Below are positions 1 through 9,496 of a DNA stretch of 64,000 bases, in pieces. The translations under genes were made by a program, and so were the position numbers. Numbering within the stretch: position 1 is the first letter of the stretch; every line of letters starts with the position of its first letter. The DNA comes from an uncultured Chloroflexia bacterium (GTDB lineage Bacteria; Chloroflexota; Limnocylindria; Limnocylindrales; CSP1-4). The stretch covers positions 588,481 through 652,480 of the forward strand of contig CAWFXA010000001.1 in NCBI GenBank assembly GCA_963819655.1. Direction: 5' to 3'. The notes beneath the pieces were generated by a model. It was not told where the DNA came from and searched no databases. It saw nothing but the letters and a program-made list of their open reading frames with translations.

Positions 1-1315
1 CGTTGAGCGCCGCCAGCATCGCGGCGATGCCGACGCCGGCCAGCGTTCCGTACACGAGGACCCCGACCGTCGCCGCGACGGCGATCGCGCCTTCGACCCG
101 CTGGAGCCGCCACACCCTGATCACCCCGCGAACGTCGATGAACCGCAAGGCCGAGGCGAGAACGACGGCACCCAGCGCCGGGATGGGCAGGTTGGTTAGG
201 AGCCCGGCGAGGAACAGCAGCACGAGCGCGACCGCTCCTGCGGCGATGACGCCGGCCACCTGGGTCGTAGCTCCGGACGCCTCGGCCGCGGCGGTGCGCG
301 ATGGGCTGGAACTGATCGGATAGCCGCTGGTCAGGCTGCCGCCGAGATCCGCCGCGGCGAGTGCCACGAGTTCGCGATCTGGATCCGTTTCCTCGCCGTG
401 TCGGCCGGCGAAGCTCCTTCCCGTCAGCACGGTGTCGGCAAAGCTCAGGATCGCGATGCCAAAAGCGCTCGGGAGTAGCGCGACGGCCTCATCGATGGAG
501 ACCAGCGGGAGGCCGACCGGGGGCAGGCCCGACGGCACCGGACCGAGGACGAGCACGCCACGGTCCGGCAGGCCCAGGACGACGGTGGCGACGAGGGCCG
601 CGACGAGCGCGGGCAGGGCGACCGGAACGCCCGGCAGCCACCGATCCCCGGCCGTGATCGCCGCGAAGACCAGGACTCCGATCACGATCGACGGCAGGTT
701 CACGGGGCCCTGCGACAGGGCGATGCCGACGGCTTCGATGACGGACCCGGGATCCACCTGGGTGAGGTCGGTCCCGACCAGGACCGAGAGGACGTCCGCA
801 AGCGGCTGCCCGCCCAGGATCTTGGGAATCTGGTCGAGCGCGACGCTGATGCCCACGCCGGTCATGTACCCGACGAGGATGGGCCGGGACAGGAAGTCGG
901 CCAGGAACCCGAGCGACGCCGCGCGCATGCCGACGAAGACGATCGCGACCAGCAGGGCCAAGGCTGACGCCAGGCGGATGCGATCGTCGGCGACGACGGC
1001 AAGGGGGACGACAGCCGCCCCGACGAGGGCCGCGGTCGCGGCATCCGGGCCGACGATCAGTCGCCGAGCGGAGCCGAAGACCGCATAGGCAAGGAGCGGA
1101 ACGAGCGAGGCGTACAGGCCGGCTTCCGGCGGGAGCCCGGCGACCTGGGCGTAGCCGATGCTGAGCGGGATGATCAGCGCTGCCACGGTGATGCCGCCGA
1201 TCGCGTCGCCGCGCAGGGCAGACCGACGGTAGTCGCGGACGGTCCAGGCGAGCGGGGGGCCGCCGGCCGTCAATCGTGCCGCCAACCGGCCAAGCAGCCC
1301 TTTGATCTGGCTCAC
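1..1315 (-). CDS. SulP family inorganic anion transporter (3' end runs off window)
   Basis: Not in ORF track; manual reverse-strand translation from GTG 1315 gives ...LRGDAIGGITVAALIIPLSIGYAQVAGLPPEAGLYAS...GSARRLIVGP...FLSRPILVGYMTG, the SulP N-terminal signature. Confidence 0.9.
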   Translation of the reverse strand, partial: MSQIKGLLGRLAARLTAGGPPLAWTVRDYRRSALRGDAIGGITVAALIIPLSIGYAQVAGLPPEAGLYASLVPLLAYAVFGSARRLIVGPDAATAALVGAAVVPLAVVADDRIRLASALALLVAIVFVGMRAASLGFLADFLSRPILVGYMTGVGISVALDQIPKILGGQPLADVLSVLVGTDLTQVDPGSVIEAVGIALSQGPVNLPSIVIGVLVFAAITAGDRWLPGVPVALPALVAALVATVVLGLPDRGVLVLGPVPSGLPPVGLPLVSIDEAVALLPSAFGIAILSFADTVLTGRSFAGRHGEETDPDRELVALAAADLGGSLTSGYPISSSPSRTAAAEASGATTQVAGVIAAGAVALVLLFLAGLLTNLPIPALGAVVLASALRFIDVRGVIRVWRLQRVEGAIAVAATVGVLVYGTLAGVGIAAMLAALN

Positions 1316-1409
1316 GTGATCGGTCGAACGGTCGTCGGAGGGTGCGTGCCGGCCTCCCGAGAGCACGGGTGGATGGTCGTACGATTGCGACTGCGCATCT
1401 AGGCGAGCA

Positions 1410-1426
1410 TCGTCCGGTTCGGATGA
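1410..1426. promoter_or_regulatory. Palindromic operator TCGTCC-N5-GGATGA upstream of SulP
   Basis: One of six copies of TCAYCC-N5-GGRTGA in island intergenic regions. Confidence 0.55.
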
Positions 1427-1457
1427 AGGGCGTAGCCACGCGCGCTCTGCCCCGCAA

Positions 1458-1474
1458 TCACCCGCTTCGAATGA
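1458..1474. promoter_or_regulatory. Palindromic operator TCACCC-N5-GAATGA upstream of K+ channel operon
   Basis: Same motif family, ~96 nt before ATG 1570. Confidence 0.55.
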
Positions 1475-1569
1475 CGACCCGCCCCCGTTTCACGGGCACA
1501 GTCGGGCGGGATCACGCGAGCGCATCGTGGACGGTCAACCGGCCGCGCGGCGCAGCAGGAGGGATCACG

Positions 1570-2400
1570 ATGACCGCGGATGACGTAGCCGTCGCGCCGT
1601 TGGATCGGCAGGCGGCCGCCATGAACGAGAGCCCGGTATATGAGCTTTTCATCGGGCTCATGACCATCATCTCGCTCATCATCGTGTTCTTTCATGTCAT
1701 CGTCCGCGTTCCACAGGTCGACGCCATCCTGACCTCGACGGACACCCTGGTCTGCTTCCTATTCCTGTTCGACTTCGCGCGGTCGTACCGGCGCGCGCCC
1801 GACAAGCGTGTCTACATGTTCGGCGAGCAACCTGGGAGGACATTGCCCCGCGGGCTGTTCGACCTGCTCGGGAGCATCCCGAGCGCTGAGATCTTCCGGG
1901 TGCTCCGGATCTTCCGAGTCGCGCGATTGACGCGGCTGGTGCGAGCCAGCGGGTCACGCGGTCTGGCGGCAGAGTTCTTCAAGCGTCGCGCCGAATCGGC
2001 CGTGTACGTGATCACCCTGATGTCGTTCGTGGTCCTCCTCGTGGGCAGCATCCTGATCGCGTACGTCGAGCCGCCGGCACAAGGCTCGAACATCAAGACC
2101 GGGGGCGACGCGTTCTGGTGGGCGTTTGTCACCATCACCACAGTCGGGTACGGAGACCGATTCCCGGTGACCGAGGCCGGCCGGATCGTCGGGATGTTCA
2201 CCATGGCGGTGGGGATCGGTATCTTCGGTGTCCTCACGAGCTACCTCTCGACGGTGTTCCTCGCTCGGCCGGAGGACGATCCGGCCGCGACCACGCCGGC
2301 GCCCAAACCGGCGCCGGACCCGATCCAGGCCGAGCTGGCCGCATTGCGGGCCGAAATGGCCGGCCTGCGCCGAGTGCTGGAGGTACAGGAGAGTGGCTGA
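1570..2400 (+). CDS. Voltage-gated-type potassium channel (ion transporter)
   Basis: TTVGYGD selectivity filter, DAFWWA pore helix, Arg-rich S4 (FRVLRIFRVARLTRLVR); GGAGG before ATG 1570. Confidence 0.9.
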   Translation: MTADDVAVAPLDRQAAAMNESPVYELFIGLMTIISLIIVFFHVIVRVPQVDAILTSTDTLVCFLFLFDFARSYRRAPDKRVYMFGEQPGRTLPRGLFDLLGSIPSAEIFRVLRIFRVARLTRLVRASGSRGLAAEFFKRRAESAVYVITLMSFVVLLVGSILIAYVEPPAQGSNIKTGGDAFWWAFVTITTVGYGDRFPVTEAGRIVGMFTMAVGIGIFGVLTSYLSTVFLARPEDDPAATTPAPKPAPDPIQAELAALRAEMAGLRRVLEVQESG

Positions 2401-4657
2401 TCTCGGGTTCGGCGCCGTCTCGACCGAGGACCCCCTGGTCCCCGGATGGCTGGAGCGCCTTGCCGCGGTCGGCTGGCGTGTCCTGGTCACGCTCGCTCTC
2501 GGTGTGGTCCTGTTCGGGATCGCCGGGCAGTTGGCCACGGTCGTCGCGTCGATCATCGTTGCGCTGATCCTTGCCGCCACGCTCGCCCCATACGTCGCGG
2601 AGCGCCGCGCACGGGGTTGGGGTCGCAGCAAGGCGGCCGGGGTGGTCTCCCTGATGGCGGTCCTGGTGCTCGGCACCGCCATCGCCGCGATCGTCATCGC
2701 GGTGGTCCCGTCCCTGAGCGCGATCGTGACCGCGTTCGACGTTGGGGTCGGCAACGCCCGGGCAGAGTTGGCGTCGATCGGCCTCCCGGCCGAAGTCGCG
2801 GACATCCTCCAGCGCATCTCGGACGCCATTCGCGGGCTCGCCCTGGACGGACTCGCCGACATCGTCGGCGCCGCAGCAAACGTCGTGACGATCGCGATCC
2901 TGGGCGGATTCCTGACGTTCTTTCTGTTGCTCGACGGGGACAAGGCATGGGACTGGGTGTTGGCGGCGACCGACGGTTGGCGCCGCGAGGCACTGATGAC
3001 CGGTGGCCGACGCGCGGTCGATCAGGTCGGTGGGTACATCCGGGGCACATCGCTGATGGCGGCCGCCACAGCCGTCCTGGCCGGCGTCGTCATGTGGCTC
3101 TTGGGGGTCCCACTCGCCGGGCCATTGGCCGTGGTCGTCCTGCTCGGCGCGTTCGTGCCGTATGTCGGGCGTGCCTTGACGGCATTGGTCATCGTCGCCG
3201 TCTGCTGGGCGACGCGCGGAGCCGCGCCCGCGTTCGTCCTGCTCGCCGTCTTCGTGATCGGCTCGATCGTACTCGAGCGCACCCTGGCTCGGCTCACGTC
3301 AGGACGGCGTCTCGAACTCCACCCGATCCTCGCGGTCATCGGACTGCCGTTGGGCCTGGCGGCAGGTGGGTTCGGTGGCCTCGTGGTCATCCTGCCGGTG
3401 CTCGCCTTCGCGCAGACGGCGGCCGGCGTCCTCATCACGGCCCTGGGCCGCGAACCGGTCAAGCCGGGTGCGACCACGGCGGGCGCGATCGAGGCGACGG
3501 CGACGGAGGCGACTCCGACCCCGGCCGACTCGGCGACTCCCGCGACCCCGGCAACATCGAGATCTTCGATGAGTTCGGGCCTTGTCCCGGTCTGGCTGGA
3601 TCGCCTGGGTCAATGGAGCTGGCGTTCCTTGATCGTCGCGGCGATGTTCCTCGTCGTCGCCCAGGTCGCTCTCCAGTTCCCCGGCGTGATCATGCCGGTG
3701 GTCATCGCGGTCATCCTGGCGGCGACGCTCGCCCCGGCGGCCGCGGCACTGGAGCGACGCGGCGTGAACCGGGGCACGGCCGCGATGGCCGTGACCGTCG
3801 GGACGAGCGCCGCGATCATCGCCGTGGTGATCATCACGCTCGCATCCCTCGTCGGACCGATGTCGCAGGTGGTCTCCAGCGCCACCCAGGGAGCGGAGGC
3901 GTCCGGCGCCCAGGCGGTCGGGATCGGGTCGTTCGTGGCGGCCATCGGCGACGGCTTGCTCGCGACGGTCACGGGTGCCGCGGCGAATGTCATCGGGATC
4001 GTCGTCGTGTTGCTGCTCGGCGGGTTCCTCACGTTCTACTTCATCCGGGACGGCGGGCGCGTGTGGCACGAGCTCACGCGCGGTGTACCGGCCGACCGCC
4101 GCGGACTGCTCGACGCCGCGGGCACACGCGCCGTCGACGTGCTCGGCGGGTACATGCTCGGGACGGCGGCGATCTCGGCCTTCGGAGCAGCCAGTCAGTG
4201 GGTGATCATGGTGCTCCTGGGGCTTCCGCTCGCGCTCCCCCTGGCGATCCTCGCGCTCTTCGCCGGGTTCGTCCCGTACGTTGGCGGGTTCATCGCGACC
4301 GGCCTGGCGTTCCTCGTAGCGGTTGCCGTCGGCGATCAGACGGACATCGTCGTGATGTTCATCTACACGATCGTCTTCAACATCGTCCAGGGCAACTTCG
4401 TCACCCCGCTCGTGTACGGCAAGGCCGTGAGCCTCCACCCGGCGATCGTCCTTCTCGCCGTGCCGATCGGGAATGCCCTGGCGGGGATCGTCGGCATGTT
4501 CCTCGTGGTGCCGGTGGCCGGCGTCATCGCGACGACGTGGCGAGCGGTGCTGCAGGTCATCGATGCGGGCGACCTCGTGAAGCCGGAGCCGCTCAGCAGC
4601 ACGGCACCGAGCGAGGAGACCGGCCCGATCGTGCCTGACGCGGTGGTGGGAGGGTAG
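2393..4657 (+). CDS. AI-2E family transporter with two tandem AI-2E domains
   Basis: Two homologous halves (PGWLERLAAVGWR / PVWLDRLGQWSWR; FVPYVG twice; LHP twice) joined by an Ala/Thr/Pro linker; GTG overlaps upstream gene end. Confidence 0.85.
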   Translation: MADLGFGAVSTEDPLVPGWLERLAAVGWRVLVTLALGVVLFGIAGQLATVVASIIVALILAATLAPYVAERRARGWGRSKAAGVVSLMAVLVLGTAIAAIVIAVVPSLSAIVTAFDVGVGNARAELASIGLPAEVADILQRISDAIRGLALDGLADIVGAAANVVTIAILGGFLTFFLLLDGDKAWDWVLAATDGWRREALMTGGRRAVDQVGGYIRGTSLMAAATAVLAGVVMWLLGVPLAGPLAVVVLLGAFVPYVGRALTALVIVAVCWATRGAAPAFVLLAVFVIGSIVLERTLARLTSGRRLELHPILAVIGLPLGLAAGGFGGLVVILPVLAFAQTAAGVLITALGREPVKPGATTAGAIEATATEATPTPADSATPATPATSRSSMSSGLVPVWLDRLGQWSWRSLIVAAMFLVVAQVALQFPGVIMPVVIAVILAATLAPAAAALERRGVNRGTAAMAVTVGTSAAIIAVVIITLASLVGPMSQVVSSATQGAEASGAQAVGIGSFVAAIGDGLLATVTGAAANVIGIVVVLLLGGFLTFYFIRDGGRVWHELTRGVPADRRGLLDAAGTRAVDVLGGYMLGTAAISAFGAASQWVIMVLLGLPLALPLAILALFAGFVPYVGGFIATGLAFLVAVAVGDQTDIVVMFIYTIVFNIVQGNFVTPLVYGKAVSLHPAIVLLAVPIGNALAGIVGMFLVVPVAGVIATTWRAVLQVIDAGDLVKPEPLSSTAPSEETGPIVPDAVVGG

Positions 4658-4659
4658 CG

Positions 4660-5802
4660 ATGGATACAGGCCACCCCGAACGGAGACCGCTGGCCCGCGT
4701 GATCTCGCCGCGCGAGATGCGGCTGCTGTTCTGGCTGGTCGTGATCGCGCTCGTCGGAGTCATCGGCGTTCTTGGCTCCGGGATCGCAGATACGCTGTCG
4801 GGCCCGGCCGTCATCCTGTTCGTGGCCTGGCTGATGGCCTACGTCCTCGAGCCGGCGGTCACATGGTTGGCCCGCCATATGCCGTTCCACTCGCGCGGCC
4901 TCGGGGTCGCGGTGACGTACCTCCTGACGGTCATCGTGACCTTCGCCGTCCTGCTCGGTGCCGGTGCCGCCCTCCTGAGCGCGGCGGTCACGTTCGTGGA
5001 GCAGCTGCCCGCGATCAAGGCCCGGGTCTCCGAGCTGGTCCAGCCGCTCGCTGCGTCAATGGGGCTGAGCCCACCAGGGCCCGTGGATCTGGCCGACGCC
5101 GTCGCGGGCGAGGTGGTCGCGAACGGGGAGGCCATCGGCGATGCGGTGAGCGCCTCGTTGCAGAACATCGTGGCCGTGGTTGCTGGATTGTTCACGGCGG
5201 TGGTCATCTCCGTCGGCATGGCCGCCGGTGAGGTGACGCTGCTCGGCTGGCTTCGTCGTTTCCTGCCCGAGCGGTCCTACGCCGACATCGCCGCCCTCGA
5301 GCGGGCGATCGCCTTGTCGTTCGGTGGGTTCATCCGCGGCCGGGGCCTGATCGGGCTGATCTTCGGTGTCCTGATCTCGGTCGCGGCGGTCGCCCTCGGC
5401 GTCCCGTTCGCGCCGCTCATCGCGGTCATCGCGGGGCTCATCCAGTTCATCCCGTTCGTCGGCCCGCTGCTGGGCTGGGCCGTCCTGCCGGGCTTTGCCC
5501 TCGTCCTGGAACCGACCGTCGCAGGCCCAGCCCTGGTCGTCAGCCTGCTGATCGCCGGCATCCTTCAGGCGATCGTCACCCGGATGGTGATGGGCCGGGC
5601 GGTCAAGATCAGCGCCGCGGCAGTCCTGGCCGTCGTGATGCTCGGGACGGCGATCGCCGGCGTCATGGGCGCCATCTTCGCGATCCCGACCGCCGGGGCG
5701 ATCCTGGCCATCAGCGACTACCTGCGCAAGCGCGACGTCCTGTTGCGACCCCAGGACGAAGATCTGACGCTGACCGATCCCGAGGCCGTCACGCCGGCCT
5801 GA
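4660..5802 (+). CDS. AI-2E family transporter
   Basis: AYVLEPAV, GGFIRG, FIPFVGP, GAIFAIP motifs; multi-TM. Confidence 0.85.
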   Translation: MDTGHPERRPLARVISPREMRLLFWLVVIALVGVIGVLGSGIADTLSGPAVILFVAWLMAYVLEPAVTWLARHMPFHSRGLGVAVTYLLTVIVTFAVLLGAGAALLSAAVTFVEQLPAIKARVSELVQPLAASMGLSPPGPVDLADAVAGEVVANGEAIGDAVSASLQNIVAVVAGLFTAVVISVGMAAGEVTLLGWLRRFLPERSYADIAALERAIALSFGGFIRGRGLIGLIFGVLISVAAVALGVPFAPLIAVIAGLIQFIPFVGPLLGWAVLPGFALVLEPTVAGPALVVSLLIAGILQAIVTRMVMGRAVKISAAAVLAVVMLGTAIAGVMGAIFAIPTAGAILAISDYLRKRDVLLRPQDEDLTLTDPEAVTPA

Positions 5803-5854
5803 CGATGCAGCGGAACCCGATGTGGCCCGTTGCTCGTTGGCTGTCCCAGGTCGG

Positions 5855-7051
5855 CTATGTGGACGTGCGCCGCCGAGGCGAGCTCGTCGGCGCTTTGGGT
5901 GACGGTGCCCCAGGCGGCGCGTCCGTGAGCGTGTGCATGATCAGCGCGTCCGCGACATCGGCGTTGGAGCCCACCTGCACCATGGCCCTGGTATTGGCGG
6001 CCAGCGAGCGAGCGACCTCGATCCGCTCCTCCTCGAGGTCTCGGCGTGCGGCGTTCGGGAATGCGGCCAGCCTCGACTCGAGATGCTGGAGGCGGAGCGC
6101 CTCATTGGCCGCCTCGAGCTCGATCCGTTCGCGCTGGTGGGCAACGCGCTGGCGTTCGAGCGACTCCCGGTCTGCCAGCAGTCGCTCCTCGAGCGCATGC
6201 TGCTCGGTCTGCTCGTCGCGCCGCACCGACGCGAGCCGGCGCGATTCGCGCGAAGCCATGTACTCGAGCGGCGGCTGGACGCGGATGATCACGACACGTC
6301 TGACCTCGACGCCATAGGGCGCAAGCGAGGCCTCGATCGCAGTCTGCAGGGCCGACGTGTCCGCGGACGACAGGTCGAGGATCTCGTCCGAGCGCTTCGC
6401 CCGGACGAGCGTCCTGATGGCATCGAGAGCGGACGCCTGGCAGACCTGGTCGAAGTCGGGTGCGGAGATCGCGAACACGAAGCGCTCCGGGGCCGTGATG
6501 CTGAAGGTGAGGAGCATGTCGAGATCGACCCGCACATCGTCGCGGGTCGACAACGCCGATCCAGGTGTATCGAACGGGATCTCGCGCGTCGTGACCACGT
6601 GCGACACGACGATCCAGGGCGGGACGATATGCCGCCCCGCACCGAGCGTCCGGTGGTAGCGACCGCTCTTGAGCAGCAATGCGCGCGCTCCCTCGGGGAC
6701 CGGCACGATGAACGACTGGAAGACGCCCAGGAAGATGGCGACAGCGCCGACGCCGAGGAGCCCACCCCGGACGGCGACGTCGACTTCGAAGAGCAGCGCG
6801 AGCACGATGGCGATGGCGCCGGCGATGACGAACGCATTCCGGATGCGGAAGGGCTGCTTGGGCAGGACCACGATCGGGAGGCGACCGGACGGATCGGGCA
6901 CGGTCAAGGCCTCGCCGGCCTCTTCGAGGGGGACGCGTGCCTGAGTCAGCTGGACCGGGACGGGCTGCGGCACGGCCGGTTCTCCGGGCGCGGCGGCCGT
7001 GGCTGGAGACGGCGCCGTCGATGCGCCCTGAAGGGTCGGATCGTCTGCCAT
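5855..7051 (-). CDS. SPFH/band-7 domain membrane protein
   Basis: Two TM helices, then VPEGARALL..GRYHRTLGAGRH SPFH domain and C-terminal coiled coil. Confidence 0.8.
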   Translation of the reverse strand: MADDPTLQGASTAPSPATAAAPGEPAVPQPVPVQLTQARVPLEEAGEALTVPDPSGRLPIVVLPKQPFRIRNAFVIAGAIAIVLALLFEVDVAVRGGLLGVGAVAIFLGVFQSFIVPVPEGARALLLKSGRYHRTLGAGRHIVPPWIVVSHVVTTREIPFDTPGSALSTRDDVRVDLDMLLTFSITAPERFVFAISAPDFDQVCQASALDAIRTLVRAKRSDEILDLSSADTSALQTAIEASLAPYGVEVRRVVIIRVQPPLEYMASRESRRLASVRRDEQTEQHALEERLLADRESLERQRVAHQRERIELEAANEALRLQHLESRLAAFPNAARRDLEEERIEVARSLAANTRAMVQVGSNADVADALIMHTLTDAPPGAPSPKAPTSSPRRRTST

Positions 7052-7064
7052 CGTGCTCAGGACC

Positions 7065-8360
7065 TCATGGGGCGGGGCTGGCGGGGCGGCTCGCGGTCCG
7101 TCCGGCGGCCACTGGTACCCGACGCCGCTGGCGATAGACCGCTGGGACGACCGCGGTCACGGTGGCCGTCGTTCGAGCCGGCAGCGGTTCACCGGGGAGC
7201 AACCCGGCCGGCCGTGCCGGTTCGGAAAGCCGACCGTGCAGGTATCGGACCAGGTCGCTCGCGAAGGCGAGGATGGGGGCCGACAACAGCAGCCAGATGA
7301 TTCCGAGCTGGCTGAGCGCGACGATCCCCGGGATCAGGACGATCGGATGCACCCCGAGCCGTCTCCCGCTGATCCGCGACCCGATGACGTTGCCGCTCAG
7401 CCAGCGGGCGCCGAGGTACACGGCCAGGTAGACGCCGGCTCGCTCGGGATCGATCAGGAGCAGGATCGGTACCGGGATCAGTCCTAGGAACCATCCGAGC
7501 TCGGGGATGAGCTGCAGGGAACCAGCGAGGACCGAGAGCGCGAGTGCCCCGGGAAACTCCGGTCCCCCAAGCCGCGCCGAAAGGGTCAGGCCGATGAACA
7601 CCAGCAGACCGACGAGGAAGCCGACCACGACAAACCCGCGCAGGTACGTCCCCGCGGCCCGGTCCAGCATACGAACTATCGCCCAGAAGTCGGGCCGAAG
7701 CCAGCCCGCGACGCGCCGATCGACGGCAGCCGCCCCTCGACGCTTGCTCGAGAGGACGCTCAGCACCCAGACGGGCAGGACCACGAGCCCGAGCGCCGCG
7801 CCGGCGACCCCGAGCGCCGCGTTGACGACGGCCGGGCCGAGGTCGCCCAGACCGCCGGACGCGCCGGCGAGTGCGTCCTTCACGGTCACGGCGACGGCGA
7901 CGACGATGGGGCCCACGAGCTCCCTGGCTGAGTCCGGGACCTGGGCCAGCGCCCCTGCGATGAGGCGATCGATCTCGGTCGTGCTCGGGACGACCCCAGC
8001 CAGATCGACGACCGCCGCGGCCAGCGGCGGCACCACGATGACGAAGACGCCGACGACGATCGCCAGGACGGTCAGGATCGCGACCGTCGCCGCGAGGGCC
8101 CGCGGCATGAACCGGTCCAGAGTGTCGACGACGGGCAGGGCCGTGTAGGCGATGAGGCCACCGAGTGCGAAGGGCAGGAGAGCCGGCCACGTGCCCCCGA
8201 CCACGGTGATCGACGCCGCGACGACTGCGGTCGCCAGGAGGGCACGCCCTAGTGCGGCAGGGGTGACGGTGGCGAGTCGGCCACCCAGATCGGCCCAGGC
8301 TGCGTGGGCCCGCGTCCGGGCGGCTTTGCGATCGATCAGGGGTCGGGGAGCATCGGCCAT
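7065..8360 (-). CDS. AI-2E family transporter
   Basis: LPFALGGLIAY..LPVVD, GTYLRG, LIPELG, LGVHP motifs. Confidence 0.85.
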   Translation of the reverse strand: MADAPRPLIDRKAARTRAHAAWADLGGRLATVTPAALGRALLATAVVAASITVVGGTWPALLPFALGGLIAYTALPVVDTLDRFMPRALAATVAILTVLAIVVGVFVIVVPPLAAAVVDLAGVVPSTTEIDRLIAGALAQVPDSARELVGPIVVAVAVTVKDALAGASGGLGDLGPAVVNAALGVAGAALGLVVLPVWVLSVLSSKRRGAAAVDRRVAGWLRPDFWAIVRMLDRAAGTYLRGFVVVGFLVGLLVFIGLTLSARLGGPEFPGALALSVLAGSLQLIPELGWFLGLIPVPILLLIDPERAGVYLAVYLGARWLSGNVIGSRISGRRLGVHPIVLIPGIVALSQLGIIWLLLSAPILAFASDLVRYLHGRLSEPARPAGLLPGEPLPARTTATVTAVVPAVYRQRRRVPVAAGRTASRPASPAP

Positions 8361-8439
8361 GCGACGGTCCCCCGTGCTCGCCCGATCGATGACCGGCGGT
8401 CAGCCAGCCATCGATCTGGGCCTCGTCGATGTGTCGCTG

Positions 8440-8910
8440 CTACGACGACATCGCCTTTTGCTTGAGCGTTTCGAACTCGGCGTCGCTGATCGCACCGGCT
8501 GCCTTGAGCTCCTGGAGCTTGGCGATCTGATCCGCGACCGAGACTGACGCGGCAGCCTTCTGACCGGCTTCCACCCGGGTCATGATCTCGACATCCTGGG
8601 CGGTGACCTTCGGGCGCATCGCGATGTAGATCAAGGCGCCAAGGAAGGGCAGCAAGACCAGGACGAGCAGCCAGCCGGCCTTTGCCCCGCCCGAGAGATC
8701 GTTGCGACGGAAGATGTCTCCGAAGAGGCCGATGAAGATCCAGATGAACATGAACCAGAAGAAGAACGCGATCAGCGAGTAGATCGCGTCCCAGAACGTG
8801 AAGCTGGACGTCCCGACCGAGCTACACGCGGCAAGCAGGACGGTCATGGCGGCAAGCAACGGCACGACGGGCCGCCCGATGATCTGCCTGGCCCTGGAGA
8901 GGGTGGTCAT
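8440..8910 (-). CDS. PLDc N-terminal domain + SHOCT domain membrane protein
   Basis: DIFRRNDLSGGAKAGWLLVLVLLPFLGALIYI and C-terminal ADQIAKLQELKAAGAISDAEFETLK; GGAGG before ATG 8910. Confidence 0.85.
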   Translation of the reverse strand: MTTLSRARQIIGRPVVPLLAAMTVLLAACSSVGTSSFTFWDAIYSLIAFFFWFMFIWIFIGLFGDIFRRNDLSGGAKAGWLLVLVLLPFLGALIYIAMRPKVTAQDVEIMTRVEAGQKAAASVSVADQIAKLQELKAAGAISDAEFETLKQKAMSS

Positions 8911-9009
8911 CCGGTCCTCCTGATCAAATGCCCGGCTCATTGGCCGGCCTCGGCGCGGACGATGGCCGCCTCGCGACGACGATACTCCTATGGCAGCGGC
9001 GCGCGCACC

Positions 9010-9026
9010 TCACACCAAGCGGGTGA
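9010..9026. promoter_or_regulatory. Palindromic operator TCACAC-N5-GGGTGA
   Basis: ~100 nt upstream of ATG 8910. Confidence 0.55.
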
Positions 9027-9079
9027 AAGGGGATTTCGGGAGGCAGGGATCACTCCGCGGAGCGAGCCTCGTGTCACGG

Positions 9080-9373
9080 TCACACGGAGCGCCAGCCGCT
9101 CCGATAGCGCTGGTCTGTTGCAACGGCGGCCGTGTGCGAGATGTCGATGATCAACGCGATGCCGACCCAGATCCAGTCGGACCCGGCCAGACCGACGCCT
9201 GGGGTGTACACGAGCACATACATGAGGGTCGTGAACGGCAGGAAGAGGATGCCCAGCAAAGGGATGATCGGCCCGCCGAATGCGGCATCGAACTGGACCG
9301 GTCGAGCCAACCAGAACAGGAAGATGACGAAGCGTGGCGAAAGCGCGGCCAACAAGGCCAACAGGCAGCCCAT
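9080..9373 (-). CDS. Small hydrophobic membrane protein
   Basis: 97 aa, three TM segments (LGILFLPFTTLMY); GGGAGGG RBS. Confidence 0.75.
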   Translation of the reverse strand: MGCLLALLAALSPRFVIFLFWLARPVQFDAAFGGPIIPLLGILFLPFTTLMYVLVYTPGVGLAGSDWIWVGIALIIDISHTAAVATDQRYRSGWRSV

Positions 9374-9467
9374 CGTTCGGATCCCTCCCTATGTGTGCGA
9401 TCCCACCCGACCGCGCGTGGCGGGGAGCGGGTCAATGCGATTCCATGGTCAGCGGGCTCGGGCGACA

Positions 9468-9484
9468 TCATCCGGTCTGGGTGA
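9468..9484. promoter_or_regulatory. Palindromic operator TCATCC-N5-GGGTGA
   Basis: ~95 nt upstream of ATG 9373; flanks nearly identical to the copy at 11948. Confidence 0.65.
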
Positions 9485-9496
9485 ATGGGCAGGCGC

